Below, one piece after another: positions 39,100 through 51,749 of a stretch of DNA of 64,000 nucleotides; position 1 is the first letter of the stretch; each line of letters opens with the position of its first letter. The position numbers and the translations under genes are program-made. Source of the DNA: the human T2T-CHM13v2.0 reference genome, Homo sapiens; assembly GCF_009914755.1 (NCBI RefSeq), contig NC_060943.1. The stretch is one strand, 5' to 3'. The notes beneath the pieces are model-generated. The model saw only the letters and a program-made list of their open reading frames with translations, was not told the origin of the DNA and ran no database searches.

Positions 39100-42000
39100 T
39101 GCAAGTGGAGATTTCAGCCGCTTTGAGGTCAATGGTAGAATAGGAAATATCTTCCTATAGAAACTAGACAGAATGATTCTCAGAAACTCCTTTGTGATGT
39201 GTGCGTTCAACTCACAGAGTTTAACCTTTCTTTTCATAGAGCAGTTGGGAAACACTCTGTTTGTAAAGTCTGCAAGTGGATATTCAGACATCCTTGAGGC
39301 TTTCGTTGGAAACGGGATTTCTTCATATTCTGCTAGAAAGAAGAATTCTCAGTAACTTCCTTGTGTTGTGTGTATTCAACTCACAGAGTTGAACGATCCT
39401 TTACACAGAGCAGACTTGAAACACTCTTTTTGTGGAATTTGCAAGTGGAGATTTCAGCCGCTTTGAGTTCAATGGTAGAATAGGAAATATCTTCCTATAG
39501 AAACTAGACAGAATGATTCTCAGAAACTCCTTTGTGATGTGTGCGTTCAACTCACAGAGTTCAACCTTTCTTTTCATAGAGCAGTTGGGAAACACTCTGT
39601 TTGTAAAGTCTGCAAGTGGATATTCAGACTTCTTTGAGGCCTTCGTTGGAAGCGGGATTTCTTCATGTTCTGCTAGACAGAAGAATTCTTAGAAACTTCC
39701 TTGTGTTGTGTGTTTTCAACTCACAGAGTTGAACGATCCTTTACACAGAGCAGACTTGAAACACTCCTTTTGTGGAATTTGCAAGTGGAGATTTCAGCCG
39801 CTTTGAGGTCAATGGTAGAATAGGAAATATCTTCCTATAGAAAGTAGACAGAATGATTCTCAGAAACTCCTTTGTGATGTGTGCGTTCAACTCACAGAGT
39901 TTAACCTTTCTTTTCATAGAGCAGTTAGGAAACACTCTGTTTGTAAAGTCTGCAAGTGGATATTCAGACCTCCTTGAGGCCTTCGTTGGAAACGGGATTT
40001 CTTCATATTCTGCTAGATAGAAGAATTCTCAGTAACTTCCTTGTGTTGTGTGTATTCAACTCACAGAGTTGAACGATCCTTTACACAGAGCAGACTTGAA
40101 ACACTCTTTTTGTGGAATTTGCAAGTGGAGATTTCAGCCGCTTTGAGGTCAATGGTAGAATAGGAAATATCTTCCTATAGAAACTAGACAGAATGATTCT
40201 CAGAAACTCCTTTGTGATGTGTGCGTTCAACTCACAGAGTTCAACCTTTCTTTTCATAGAGCAGTTAGGAAACACTCTGTTTGTAAAGTCTGCAAGTGGA
40301 TATTCAGACATCCTTGAGGCTTTCGTTGGAAACGGGATTTCTTCATATTATGCTAGAAAGAAGAATTCTCAGTAACTTCCTTGTGTTGTGTGTATTCAAC
40401 TCACAGAGTTGAACGATCCTTTACACAGAGCAGACTTGAAACACTCTTTTTGTGGAATTTGCAAGTGGAGATTTCAGCCGCTTTGAGGTCAATGGTAGAA
40501 TAGGAAATATCTTCCTATAGAAACTAGACAGAATGATTCTCAGAAACTCCTTTGTGATGTGTGCGTTCAACTCACAGAGTTTAACCTTTCTTTTCATAGA
40601 GCAGTTGGGAAACACTCTGTTTGTAAAGTCTGCAAGTGGATATTCAGACATCCTTGAGGCTTTCGTTGGAAACGGGATTTCTTCATATTCTGCTAGAAAG
40701 AAGAATTCTCAGTAACTTCCTTGTGTTGTGTGTATTCAACTCACAGAGTTGCACGATCCTTTACACAGAGCAGACTTGAAACACTCTTTTTGTGGAATTT
40801 GCAAGTGGAGATTTCAGCCGCTTTGAGTTCAATGGTAGAATAGGAAATATCTTCCTATAGAAACTAGACAGAATGATTCTCAGAAACTCCTTTGTGATGT
40901 GTGCGTTCAACTCACAGAGTTCAACCTTTCCTTTCATAGAGCAGTTGGGAAACACTCTGTTTGTAAAGTCTGCAAGTGGATATTCAGACTTCTTTGAGGC
41001 CTTCGTTGGAAGCGGGATTTCTTCATGTTCTGCTAGACAGAAGAATTCTCAGAAACTTCCTTGTGTTGTGTGTTTTCAACTCACAGAGTTGAACGATCCT
41101 TTACACAGAGCAGACTTGAAACACTCCTTTTGTGGAATTTGCAAGTGGAGATTTCAGCCGCTTTGAGGTCAATGGTAGAATAGGAAATATCTTCCTATAG
41201 AAACTAGACAGAATGATTCTGAGAAATCCTTTGTGATGTGTGCGTTCAACTCACAGAGTTTAACCTTTCTTTTCATAGAGCAGTTAGGAAAAACTCTGTT
41301 TTTAAAGTCTTCAAGTGGATATTCAGACCTCCTTGAGGCCTTCGTTGGAAACGGGATTTCTTCATATTATGCTAGACAGAGGAATTCTCAGGAACTTCCT
41401 TGTGTTGTGTGTATTCAACTCACAGAGTTGAACGATCCTTTACACAGAGCAGACTTGAAACACTCTTTTTGTGGAATTTGCAAGTGGAGATTTCAGCCGC
41501 TTTGAGTGCAATGGTAGAATAGGAAATATCTTCCTATAGAAAATACACAGAATGATTCTCAGAAACTGCTTTGTGATGTGTGCGTTCAACTCACAGAGTT
41601 CAACCTTTCTTTTCATAGAGCAGTTGGGAAACACTCTGTTTGTAAAGTCTGCAAGTGGATATTCAGACTTCTTTGAGGCCTTCGTTGGAAGCGGGATTTC
41701 TTCATATTCTGCTAGACAGAAGAATTCTCAGTAACTTCCTTGTGTTGTGTGTATTCAACTCACAGAGTTGAACGATCCTTTACACAGAGCAGACTTGAAA
41801 CACTCTTTTTGTGGAATTTGCAAGTGGAGATTTCAGCCGCTTTGAGGTCAATGGTAGAATAGGAAATATCTTCCTATAGAAACTAGACAGAATGATTCTC
41901 AGAAACTCCTTTGTGATGTGTGCGTTCAACTCACAGAGTTCAACCTTTCTTTTCATAGAGCAGTTGGGAAACACTCTGTTTGTAAAGTCTGCAAGTGGAT

Positions 42001-45000
42001 ATTCAGACTTCTTTGAGGCCTTCGTTGGAAGCGGGATTTCTTCATGTTCTGCTAGACAGAAGAATTCTCAGAAACTTCCTTGTGTTGTGTGTTTTCAACT
42101 CACAGAGTTGAACGATCCTTTACACAGAGCAGACTTGAAACACTCCTTTTGTGGAATTTGCAAGTGGAGATTTCAGCCGCTTTGAGGTCAATGGTAGAAT
42201 AGGAAATATCTTCCTATAGAAAGTAGACAGAATGATTCTCAGAAACTCCTTTGTGATGTGTGCGTTCAACTCACAGAGTTTAACCTTTCTTTTCATAGAG
42301 CAGTTAGGAAACACTCTGTTTGTAAAGTCTGCAAGTGGATATTCAGACCTCCTTGAGGCCTTCGTTGGAAACAGGATTTCTTCATATTCTGCTAGACAGA
42401 AGAATTCTCAGTAACTTCCTTGTGTTGTGTGTATTCAACTCACAGAGTTGAACGATCCTTTACACAGAGCAGACTTGAAACACTCTTTTTGTGGAATTTG
42501 CAAGTGGAGATTTCAGCCGCTTTGAGTTCAATGGTAGAATAGGAAATATCTTCCTATAGAAACTAGACAGAATGATTCTCAGAAACTCCTTTGTGATGTG
42601 TGCGTTCAACTCACAGAGTTCAACCTTTCTTTTCATAGAGCAGTTGGGAAACACTCTGTTTGTAAAGTCTGCAAGTGGATATTCAGACTTCTTTGAGGCC
42701 TTCGTTGGAAGCGGGATTTCTTCATATTCTGCTAGACAGAAGAATTCTCAGTAACTGCCTTGTGTTGTGTGTATTCAACTCACAGAGTTGAACGATCCTT
42801 TACACAGAGCAGACTTGAAACACTCTTTTTGTGGAATTTGCAAGTGGAGATTTCAGCCGCTTTGAGGTCAATGGTAGAATAGGAAATATCTTCCTATAGA
42901 AACTAGACAGAATGATTCTCAGAAACTCCTTTGTGATGTGTGCGTTCAACTCACAGAGTTCAACCTTTCTTTTCATAGAGCAGTTGGGAAACACTCTGTT
43001 TGTAAAGTCTGCAAGTGGATATTCAGACTTCTTTGAGGCCTTCGTTGGAAGCGGGATTTCTTCATATTCTGCTAGACAGAAGAATTCTCAGTAACTGCCT
43101 TGTGTTGCGTGTATTCAACTCACAGAGTTGAACGATCCTTTACACAGAGCAGACTTGAAACACTCTTTTTGTGGAATTTGCAAGTGGAGATTTCAGCCGC
43201 TTTGAGGTCAATGGTAGAATAGGAAATATCTTCCTATAGAAACTAGACAGAATGATTCTCAGAAACTCCTTTGTGATGTGTGCGTTCAACTCACAGAGTT
43301 TAACCTTTCTTTTCATAGAGCAGTTAGGAAACACTCTGTTTGTAAAGTCTGCAAGTGGATATTCAGACATCCTTGAGGCTTTCGTTGGAAACGGGATTTC
43401 TTCATATTCTGTTAGAAAGAAGAATTCTCAGTAACTTCCTTGTGTTGTGTGTATTCAACTCACAGAGTTGAACGATCCTTTACACAGAGCAGACTTGAAA
43501 CACTCTTTTTGTGGAATTTGCAAGTGGAGATTTCAGCCGCTTTGAGGTCAATGGTAGAATAGGAAATATCTTCCTATAGAAACTAGACAGAATGATTCTC
43601 AGAAACTTCTTTGTGATGTGTGCGTTCAACTCACACAGTTTAACCTCTCTTTTCATAGAGCAGTTAGGAAACACTCTGTTTGTAAAGTCTGCAAGTGGAT
43701 ATTCAGACCTCCTTGAGGCCTTCGTTGGAAACGGGATTTCTTCATATTATGCTAGACAGAAGAATTCTCAGTAACTTCCTTGTGTTGTGTGTATTCAACT
43801 CACAGAGTTGAACGATCCTTTACACAGAGCAGACTTGAAACACTCTTTTTGTGGAATTTGCAAGTGGATATTTCAGCCGCTTTGAGTTCAATGGTAGAAT
43901 AGGAAATATCTTCCTATAGAAACTAGACAGAATGATTCTCAGAAACTCCTTTGTGATGTGTGCGTTCAACTCACAGAGTTTAACCTTTCTTTTCATAGAG
44001 CAGTTGGGAAACACTCTGTTTGTAAAGTCTGCAAGTGGATATTCAGACCTCCTTGAGGCCTTCGTTGGAAGCGGGATTTCTTCATGTTCAGCTAGACAGA
44101 AGAATTCTCAGAAACTTCCTTGTGTTGTGTGTTTTCAACTCACAGAGTTGAACGATCCTTTACACAGAGCAGACTTGAAACACTCCTTTTGTGGAATTTG
44201 CAAGTGGAGATTTCAGCCGCTTTGAGGTCAATGGTAGAATAGGAAATATCTTCCTATAGAAACTAGACAGAATGATTCTCAGAAACTCCTTTGTGATGTG
44301 TGCGTTCAACTCACAGAGTTTAACCTTTCTATTCATAGAGCAGTTAGGAAACACTCTGTTTGTAAAGTCTGCAAGTGGATATTCAGACATCCTTGAGGCT
44401 TTCGTTGGAAACGGGATTTCTTCATATTCTGCTAGAAAGAAGAATTCTCAGTAACTTCCTTGTGTTGTGTGTATTCAACTCACAGACTTGAACGATCCTT
44501 TACACAGAGCAGACTTGAAACACTCTTTTTGTGGAATTTGCAAGTGGAGATTTCAGCCGCTTTGAGGTCAATGGTAGAATAGGAAATATCTTCCTATAGA
44601 AACTAGACAGAATGATTCTCAGAAACTCCTTTGTGATGTGTGCGTTCAACTCACAGAGTTTAACCTTTCTTTTCATAGAGCAGTTGGGAAACACTCTGTT
44701 TGTAAAGTCTGCAAGTGGATATTCAGACATCCTTGAGGCTTTCGTTGGAAACGGGATTTCTTCATATTCTGCTAGAAAGAAGAATTCTCAGTAACTTCCT
44801 TGTGTTGTGTGTATTCAACTCACAGAGTTGAACGATCCTTTACACAGAGCAGACTTGAAACACTCTTTTTGTGGAATTTGCAAGTGGAGATTTCAGCCGC
44901 TTTGAGTTCAATGGTAGAATAGGAAATATCATCCTATAGAAACTAGACAGAATGATTCTCAGAAACTCCTTTGTGATGTGTGCGTTCAACTCACAGAGTT

Positions 45001-48000
45001 CAACCTTTCTTTTCATAGAGCAGTTGGGAAACACTCTGTTTGTAAAGTCTGCAAGTGGATATTCAGACTTCTTTGAGGCCTTCGTTGGAAGCGGGATTTC
45101 TTCATGTTCTGCTAGACAGAAGAATTCTTAGAAACTTCCTTGTGTTGTGTGTTTTCAACTCACAGAGTTGAACGATCCTTTACACAGAGCAGACTTGAAA
45201 CACTCCTTTTGTGGAATTTGCAAGTGGAGATTTCAGCCGCTTTGAGGTCAATGGTAGAATAGGAAATATCTTCCTATAGAAAGTAGACAGAATGATTCTC
45301 AGAAACTCCTTTGTGATGTGTGCGTTCAACTCACAGAGTTTAACCTTTCTTTTCATAGAGCAGTTAGGAAACACTCTGTTTGTAAAGTCTGCAAGTGGAT
45401 ATTCAGACCTCCTTGAGGCCTTCGTTGGAAACGGGATTTCTTCATATTCTGCTAGACAGAAGAATTCTCAGTAACTTCCTTGTGTTGTGTGTATTCAACT
45501 CACAGAGTTGAACGATCCTTTACACAGAGCAGACTTGAAACACTCTTTTTGTGGAATTTGCAAGTGGAGATTTCAGCCGCTTTGAGGTCAATGGTAGAAT
45601 AGGAAATATCTTCCTATAGAAACTAGACAGAATGATTCTCAGAAACTCCTTTGTGATGTGTGCGTTCAACTCACAGAGTTCAACCTTTCTTTTCATAGAG
45701 CAGTTAGGAAACACTCTGTTTGTAAAGTCTGCAAGTGGATATTCAGACATCCTTGAGGCTTTCGTTGGAAACGGGATTTCTTCATATTATGCTAGAAAGA
45801 AGAATTCTCAGTAACTTCCTTGTGTTGTGTGTATTCAACTCACAGAGTTGAACGATCCTTTACACAGAGCAGACTTGAAACACTCTTTTTGTGGAATTTG
45901 CAAGTGGAGATTTCAGCTGCTTTGAGGTCAATGGTAGAATAGGAAATATCTTCCTATAGAAACTAGACAGAATGATTCTCAGAAACTCCTTTGTGATGTG
46001 TGCGTTCAACTCACAGAGTTTAACCTTTCTTTTCATAGAGCAGTTGGGAAACACTCTGTTTGTAAAGTCTGCAAGTGGATATTCAGACATCCTTGAGGCT
46101 TTCGTTGGAAACGGGATTTCTTCATATTCTGCTAGAAAGAAGAATTCTCAGTAACTTCCTTGTGTTGTGTGTATTCAACTCACAGAGTTGCACGATCCTT
46201 TACACAGAGCAGACTTGAAACACTCTTTTTGTGGAATTTGCAAGTGGAGATTTCAGCCGCTTTGAATTCAATGGTAGAATAGGAAATATCTTCCTATAGA
46301 AACTAGACAGAATGATTCTCAGAAACTCCTTTGTGATGTGTGCGTTCAACTCACAGAGTTCAACCTTTCCTTTCATAGAGCAGTTGGGAAACGCTCTGTT
46401 TGTAAAGTCTGCAAGTGGATATTCAGACTTCTTTGAGGCCTTCGTTGGAAGCGGGATTTCTTCATGTTCTGCTAGACAGAAGAATTCTCAGAAACTTCCT
46501 TGTGTTGTGTGTTTTCAACTCACAGAGTTGAACGATCCTTTACACAGAGCAGACTTGAAACACTCCTTTTGTGGAATTTGCAAGTGGAGATTTCAGCCGC
46601 TTTGAGGTCAATGGTAGAATAGGAAATATCTTCCTATAGAAACTAGACAGAATGATTCTGAGAAATCCTTTGTGATGTGTGCGTTCAACTCACAGAGTTT
46701 AACCTTTCTTTTCATAGAGCAGTTAGGAAACACTCTGTTTTTAAAGTCTTCAAGTGGATATTCAGACCTCCTTGAGGCCTTCGTTGGAAACGGGATTTCT
46801 TCATATTATGCTAGACAGAGGAATTCTCAGGAACTTCCTTGTGTTGTGTGTATTCAACTCACAGAGTTGAACGATCCTTTACACAGAGCAGACTTGAAAC
46901 ACTCTTTTTGTGGAATTTGCAAGTGGAGATTTCAGCCGCTTTGAGTTCAATGGTAGAATAGGAAATATCTTCCTATAGAAAGTACACAGAATGATTCTCA
47001 GAAACTGCTTTGTGATGTGTGCGTTCAACTCACAGAGTTCAACCTTTCTTTTCATAGAGCAGTTGGGAAACACTCTGTTTGTAAAGTCTGCAAGTGGATA
47101 TTCAGACTTCTTTGAGGCCTTCGTTGGAAGCGGGATTTCTTCATATTCTGCTAGACAGAAGAATTCTCAGTAACTTCCTTGCGTTGTGTGTATTCAACTC
47201 ACAGAGTTGAACGATCCTTTACACAGAGCAGACTTGAAACACTCTTTTTGTGGAATTTGCAAGTGGAGATTTCAGCCGCTTTGAGGTCAATGGTAGAATA
47301 GGAAATATCTTCCTATAGAAACTAGACAGAATGATTCTCAGAAACTCCTTTGTGATGTGTGCGTTCAACTCACAGAGTTCAACCTTTCTTTTCATAGAGC
47401 AGTTGGGAAACACTCTGTTTGTAAAGTCTGCAAGTGGATATTCAGACTTCTTTGAGGCCTTCGTTGGAAGCGGGATTTCTTCATGTTCTGCTAGACAGAA
47501 GAATTCTCAGAAACTCCCTTGTGTTGTGTGTTTTCAACTCACAGAGTTGAACGATCCTTTACACAGAGCAGACTTGAAACACTCCTTTTGTGGAATTTGC
47601 AAGTGGAGATTTCAGCCGCTTTGAGGTCAATGGTAGAATAGGAAATATCTTCCTATAGAAAGTAGACAGAATGATTCTCAGAAACTCCTTTGTGATGTGT
47701 GCGTTCAACTCACAGAGTTTAACCTTTCTTTTCATAGAGCAGTTAGGAAACACTCTGTTTGTAAAGTCTGCAAGTGGATATTCAGACCTCCTTGAGGCCT
47801 TCGTTGGAAACAGGATTTCTTCATATTCTGCTAGACAGAAGAATTCTCAGTAACTTCCTTGTGTTGTGTGTATTCAACTCACAGAGTTGAACGATCCTTT
47901 ACACAGAGCAGACTTGAAACACTCTTTTTGTGGAATTTGCAAGTGGAGATTTCAGCCGCTTTGAGTTCAATGGTAGAATAGGAAATATCTTCCTATAGAA

Positions 48001-49400
48001 ACTAGACAGAATGATTCTCAGAAACTCCTTTGTGATGTGTGCGTTCAACTCACAGAGTTCAACCTTTCTTTTCATAGAGCAGTTGGGAAACACTCTGTTT
48101 GTAAAGTCTGCAAGTGGATATTCAGACTTCTTTGAGGCCTTCGTTGGAAGCGGGATTTCTTCATATTCTGCTAGACAGAAGAATTCTCAGTAACTGCCTT
48201 GTGTTGTGTGTATTCAACTCACAGAGTTGAACGATCCTTTACACAGAGCAGACTTGAAACACTCTTTTTGTGGAATTTGCAAGTGGAGATTTCAGCCGCT
48301 TTGAGGTCAATGGTAGAATAGGAAATATCTTCCTATAGAAACTAGACAGAATGATTCTCAGAAACTCCTTTGTGATGTGTGCGTTCAACTCACAGAGTTC
48401 AACCTTTCTTTTCATAGAGCAGTTGGGAAACACTCTGTTTGTAAAGTCTGCAAGTGGATATTCAGACTTCTTTGAGGCCTTCGTTGGAAGCGGGATTTCT
48501 TCATATTCTGCTAGACAGAAGAATTCTCAGTAACTGCCTTGTGTTGTGTGTATTCAACTCACAGAGTTGAACGATCCTTTACACAGAGCAGACTTGAAAC
48601 ACTCTTTTTGTGGAATTTGCAAGTGGAGATTTCAGCCGCTTTGAGGTCAATGGTAGAATAGGAAATATCTTCCTATAGAAACTAGACAGAATGATTCTCA
48701 GAAACTCCTTTGTGATGTGTGCGTTCAACTCACAGAGTTTAACCTTTCTTTTCATAGAGCAGTTAGGAAACACTCTGTTTGTAAAGTCTGCAAGTGGATA
48801 TTCAGACATCCTTGAGGCTTTCGTTGGAAACGGGATTTCTTCATATTCTGCTAGAAAGAAGAATTCTCAGTAACTTCCTTGTGTTGTGTGTATTCAACTC
48901 ACAGAGTTGAACGATCCTTTACACAGAGCAGACTTGAAACACTCTTTTTGTGGAATTTGCAAGTGGAGATTTCAGCCGCTTTGAGGTCAATGGTAGAATA
49001 GGAAATATCTTCCTATAGAAACTAGACAGAATGATTCTCAGAAACTCCTTTGTGATGTGTGCGTTCAACTCACACAGTTTAACCTTTCTTTTCATAGAGC
49101 AGTTAGGAAACACTCTGTTTGTAAAGTCTGCAAGTGGATATTCAGACCTCCTTGAGGCCTTCGTTGGAAACGGGATTTCTTCATATTAGGCTAGACAGAA
49201 GAATTCTCAGTAACTTCCTTGTGTTGTGTGTATTCAACTCACAGAGTTGAACGATCCTTTACACAGAGCAGACTTGAAACACTCTTTTTGTGGAATTTGC
49301 AAGTGGATATTTCAGCCGCTTTGAGTTCAATGGTAGAATAGGAAATATCTTCCTATAGAAACTAGACAGAATGATTCTCAGAAACTCCTTTGTGATGTGT
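39100..49400 (+). repeat. Tandem duplication with a 5439-bp (16-dimer, one 1-bp deletion) unit; ends approximate
   Basis: Markers recur at +5439: attcttagaaac 39690/45129, gttgcacg 40752/46191, C deletion 41226/46665, broken CENP-B box 42373/47812, ggatatttc 43869/49308. Confidence 0.88.
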
Positions 49401-51749
49401 GCGTTCAACTCACAGAGTTCAACCTTTCTTTTCATAGAGCAGTTGGGAAACACTCTGTTTGTAAAGTCTGCAAGTGGATATTCAGACTTCTTTGAGGCCT
49501 TCGTTGGAAGCGGGATTTCTTCATGTTCTGCTAGACAGAAGAATTCTCAGAAACTTCCTTGTGTTGTGTGTTTTCAACTCACAGAGTTGAACGATCCTTT
49601 ACACAGAGCAGACTTGAAACACTCCTTTTGTGGAATTTGCAAGTGGAGATTTCAGCCGCTTTGAGGTCAATGGTAGAATAGGAAATATCTTCCTATAGAA
49701 AGTAGACAGAATGATTCTCAGAAACTCCTTTGTGATGTGTGCGTTCAACTCACAGAGTTTAACCTTTCTTTTCATAGAGCAGTTAGGAAACACTCTGTTT
49801 GTAAAGTCTGCAAGTGGATATTCAGACCTCCTTGAGGCCTTCGTTGGAAGCGGGATTTCTTCATGTTCAGCTAGACAGAAGAATTCTCAGAAACTTCCTT
49901 GTGTTGTGTGTTTTCAACTCACAGAGTTGAACGATCCTTTACACAGAGCAGACTTGAAACACTCCTTTTGTGGAATTTGCAAGTGGAGATTTCAGCCGCT
50001 TTGAGGTCAATGGTAGAATAGGAAATATCTTCCTATAGAAACTAGACAGAATGATTCTGAGAAATCCTTTGTGATGTGTGCGTTCAACTCACAGAGTTTA
50101 ACCTTTCTTTTCATAGAGCAGTTAGTAAACACTCTGTTTTTAAAGTCTTCAAGTGGATATTCAGACCTCCTTGAGGCCTTCGTTGGAAACGGGATTTCTT
50201 CATATTATGCTAGACAGAGGAATTCTCAGGAACTTCCTTGTGTTGTGTGTATTCAACTCACAGAGTTGAACGATCCTTTACACAGAGCAGACTTGAAACA
50301 CTCTTTTTGTGGAATTTGCAAGTGGAGATTTCAGCCGCTTTGAGTTCAAAGGTAGAATAGGAAATATCTTCCTATAAAAAGTACACAGAATGATTCTCAG
50401 AAACTGCTTTGTGATGTGTGCGTTCAACTCACAGAGTTCAACCTTTCTTTTCATAGAGCAGTTGGGAAACACTCTGTTTGTAAAGTCTGCAAGTGGATAT
50501 TCAGACTTCTTTGAGGCCTTCGTTGGAAGCGGGATTTCTTCATGTTCTGCTAGACAGAAGAATTCTCAGAAACTTCCTTGTGTTGTGTGTTTTCAACTCA
50601 CAGAGTTGAACGATCCTTTACACAGAGCAGACTTGAAACACTCCTTTTGTGAAATTTGCAAGTGGAGATTTCAGCCGCTTTGAGGTCAATGGTAGAATAG
50701 GAAATATCTTCCTATAGAAAGTAGACAGAATGATTCTCAGAAACTCCTTTGTGATGTGTGCGTTCAACTCACAGAGTTTAACCTTTCTTTTCATAGAGAA
50801 GTTAGGAAACACTCTGTTTGTAAAGTCTGCAAGTGGATATTCAGACCTCCTTGAGGCCTTCGTTGGAAACAGGATTTCTTCATATTATGCTAGACAGAAG
50901 AATTCTCAGTAACTTCCTTGTGTTGTGTGCATTCAACTCACAGAGTTGAACGATCCTTTACACAGAGCAGACTTGAAACACTCTTTTTGTGGAATTTGCA
51001 AGTGGAGATTTCAGCCGCTTTGAGTTCAATGGTAGAATAGGAAATATCTTCCTATAGAAACTAGACAGAATGATTCTCAGAAACTCCTTTGTGATGTGTG
51101 CGTTCAACTCACAGAGTTCAACCTTTCTTTTCATAGAGCAGTTGGGAAACACTCTGTTTGTAAAGTCTGCAAGTGGATATTCAGACTTCTTTGAGGCCTT
51201 CGTTGGAAGCGGGATTTCTTCATATTCTGCTAGACAGAAGAATTCTCAGTAACTGCCTTGTGTTGTGTGTATTCAACTCACAGAGTTGAACGATCCTTTA
51301 CACAGAGCAGACTTGAAACACTCTTTTTGTGGAATTTGCAAGTGGAGATTTCAGCCGCTTTGAGGTCAATGGTAGAATAGGAAATATCTTCCTATAGAAA
51401 CTAGACAGAATGATTCTCAGAAACTCCTTTGTGATGTGTGCGTTCAACTCACAGAGTTCAACCTTTCTTTTCATAGAGCAGTTGGGAAACACTCTGTTTG
51501 TAAAGTCTGCAAGTGGATATTCAGACTTCTCTGAGGCCTTCGTTGGAAGCGGGATTTCTTCATATTCTGCTAGACAGAAGAATTCTCAGTAACTGCCTTG
51601 TGTTGTGTGTATTCAACTCACAGAGTTGAACGATCCTTTACACAGAGCAGACTTGAAACACTCTTTTTGTGGAATTTGCAAGTGGAGATTTCAGCCGCTT
51701 TGAGGTCAATGGTAGAATAGGAAATATCTTCCTATAGAAACTAGACAGA

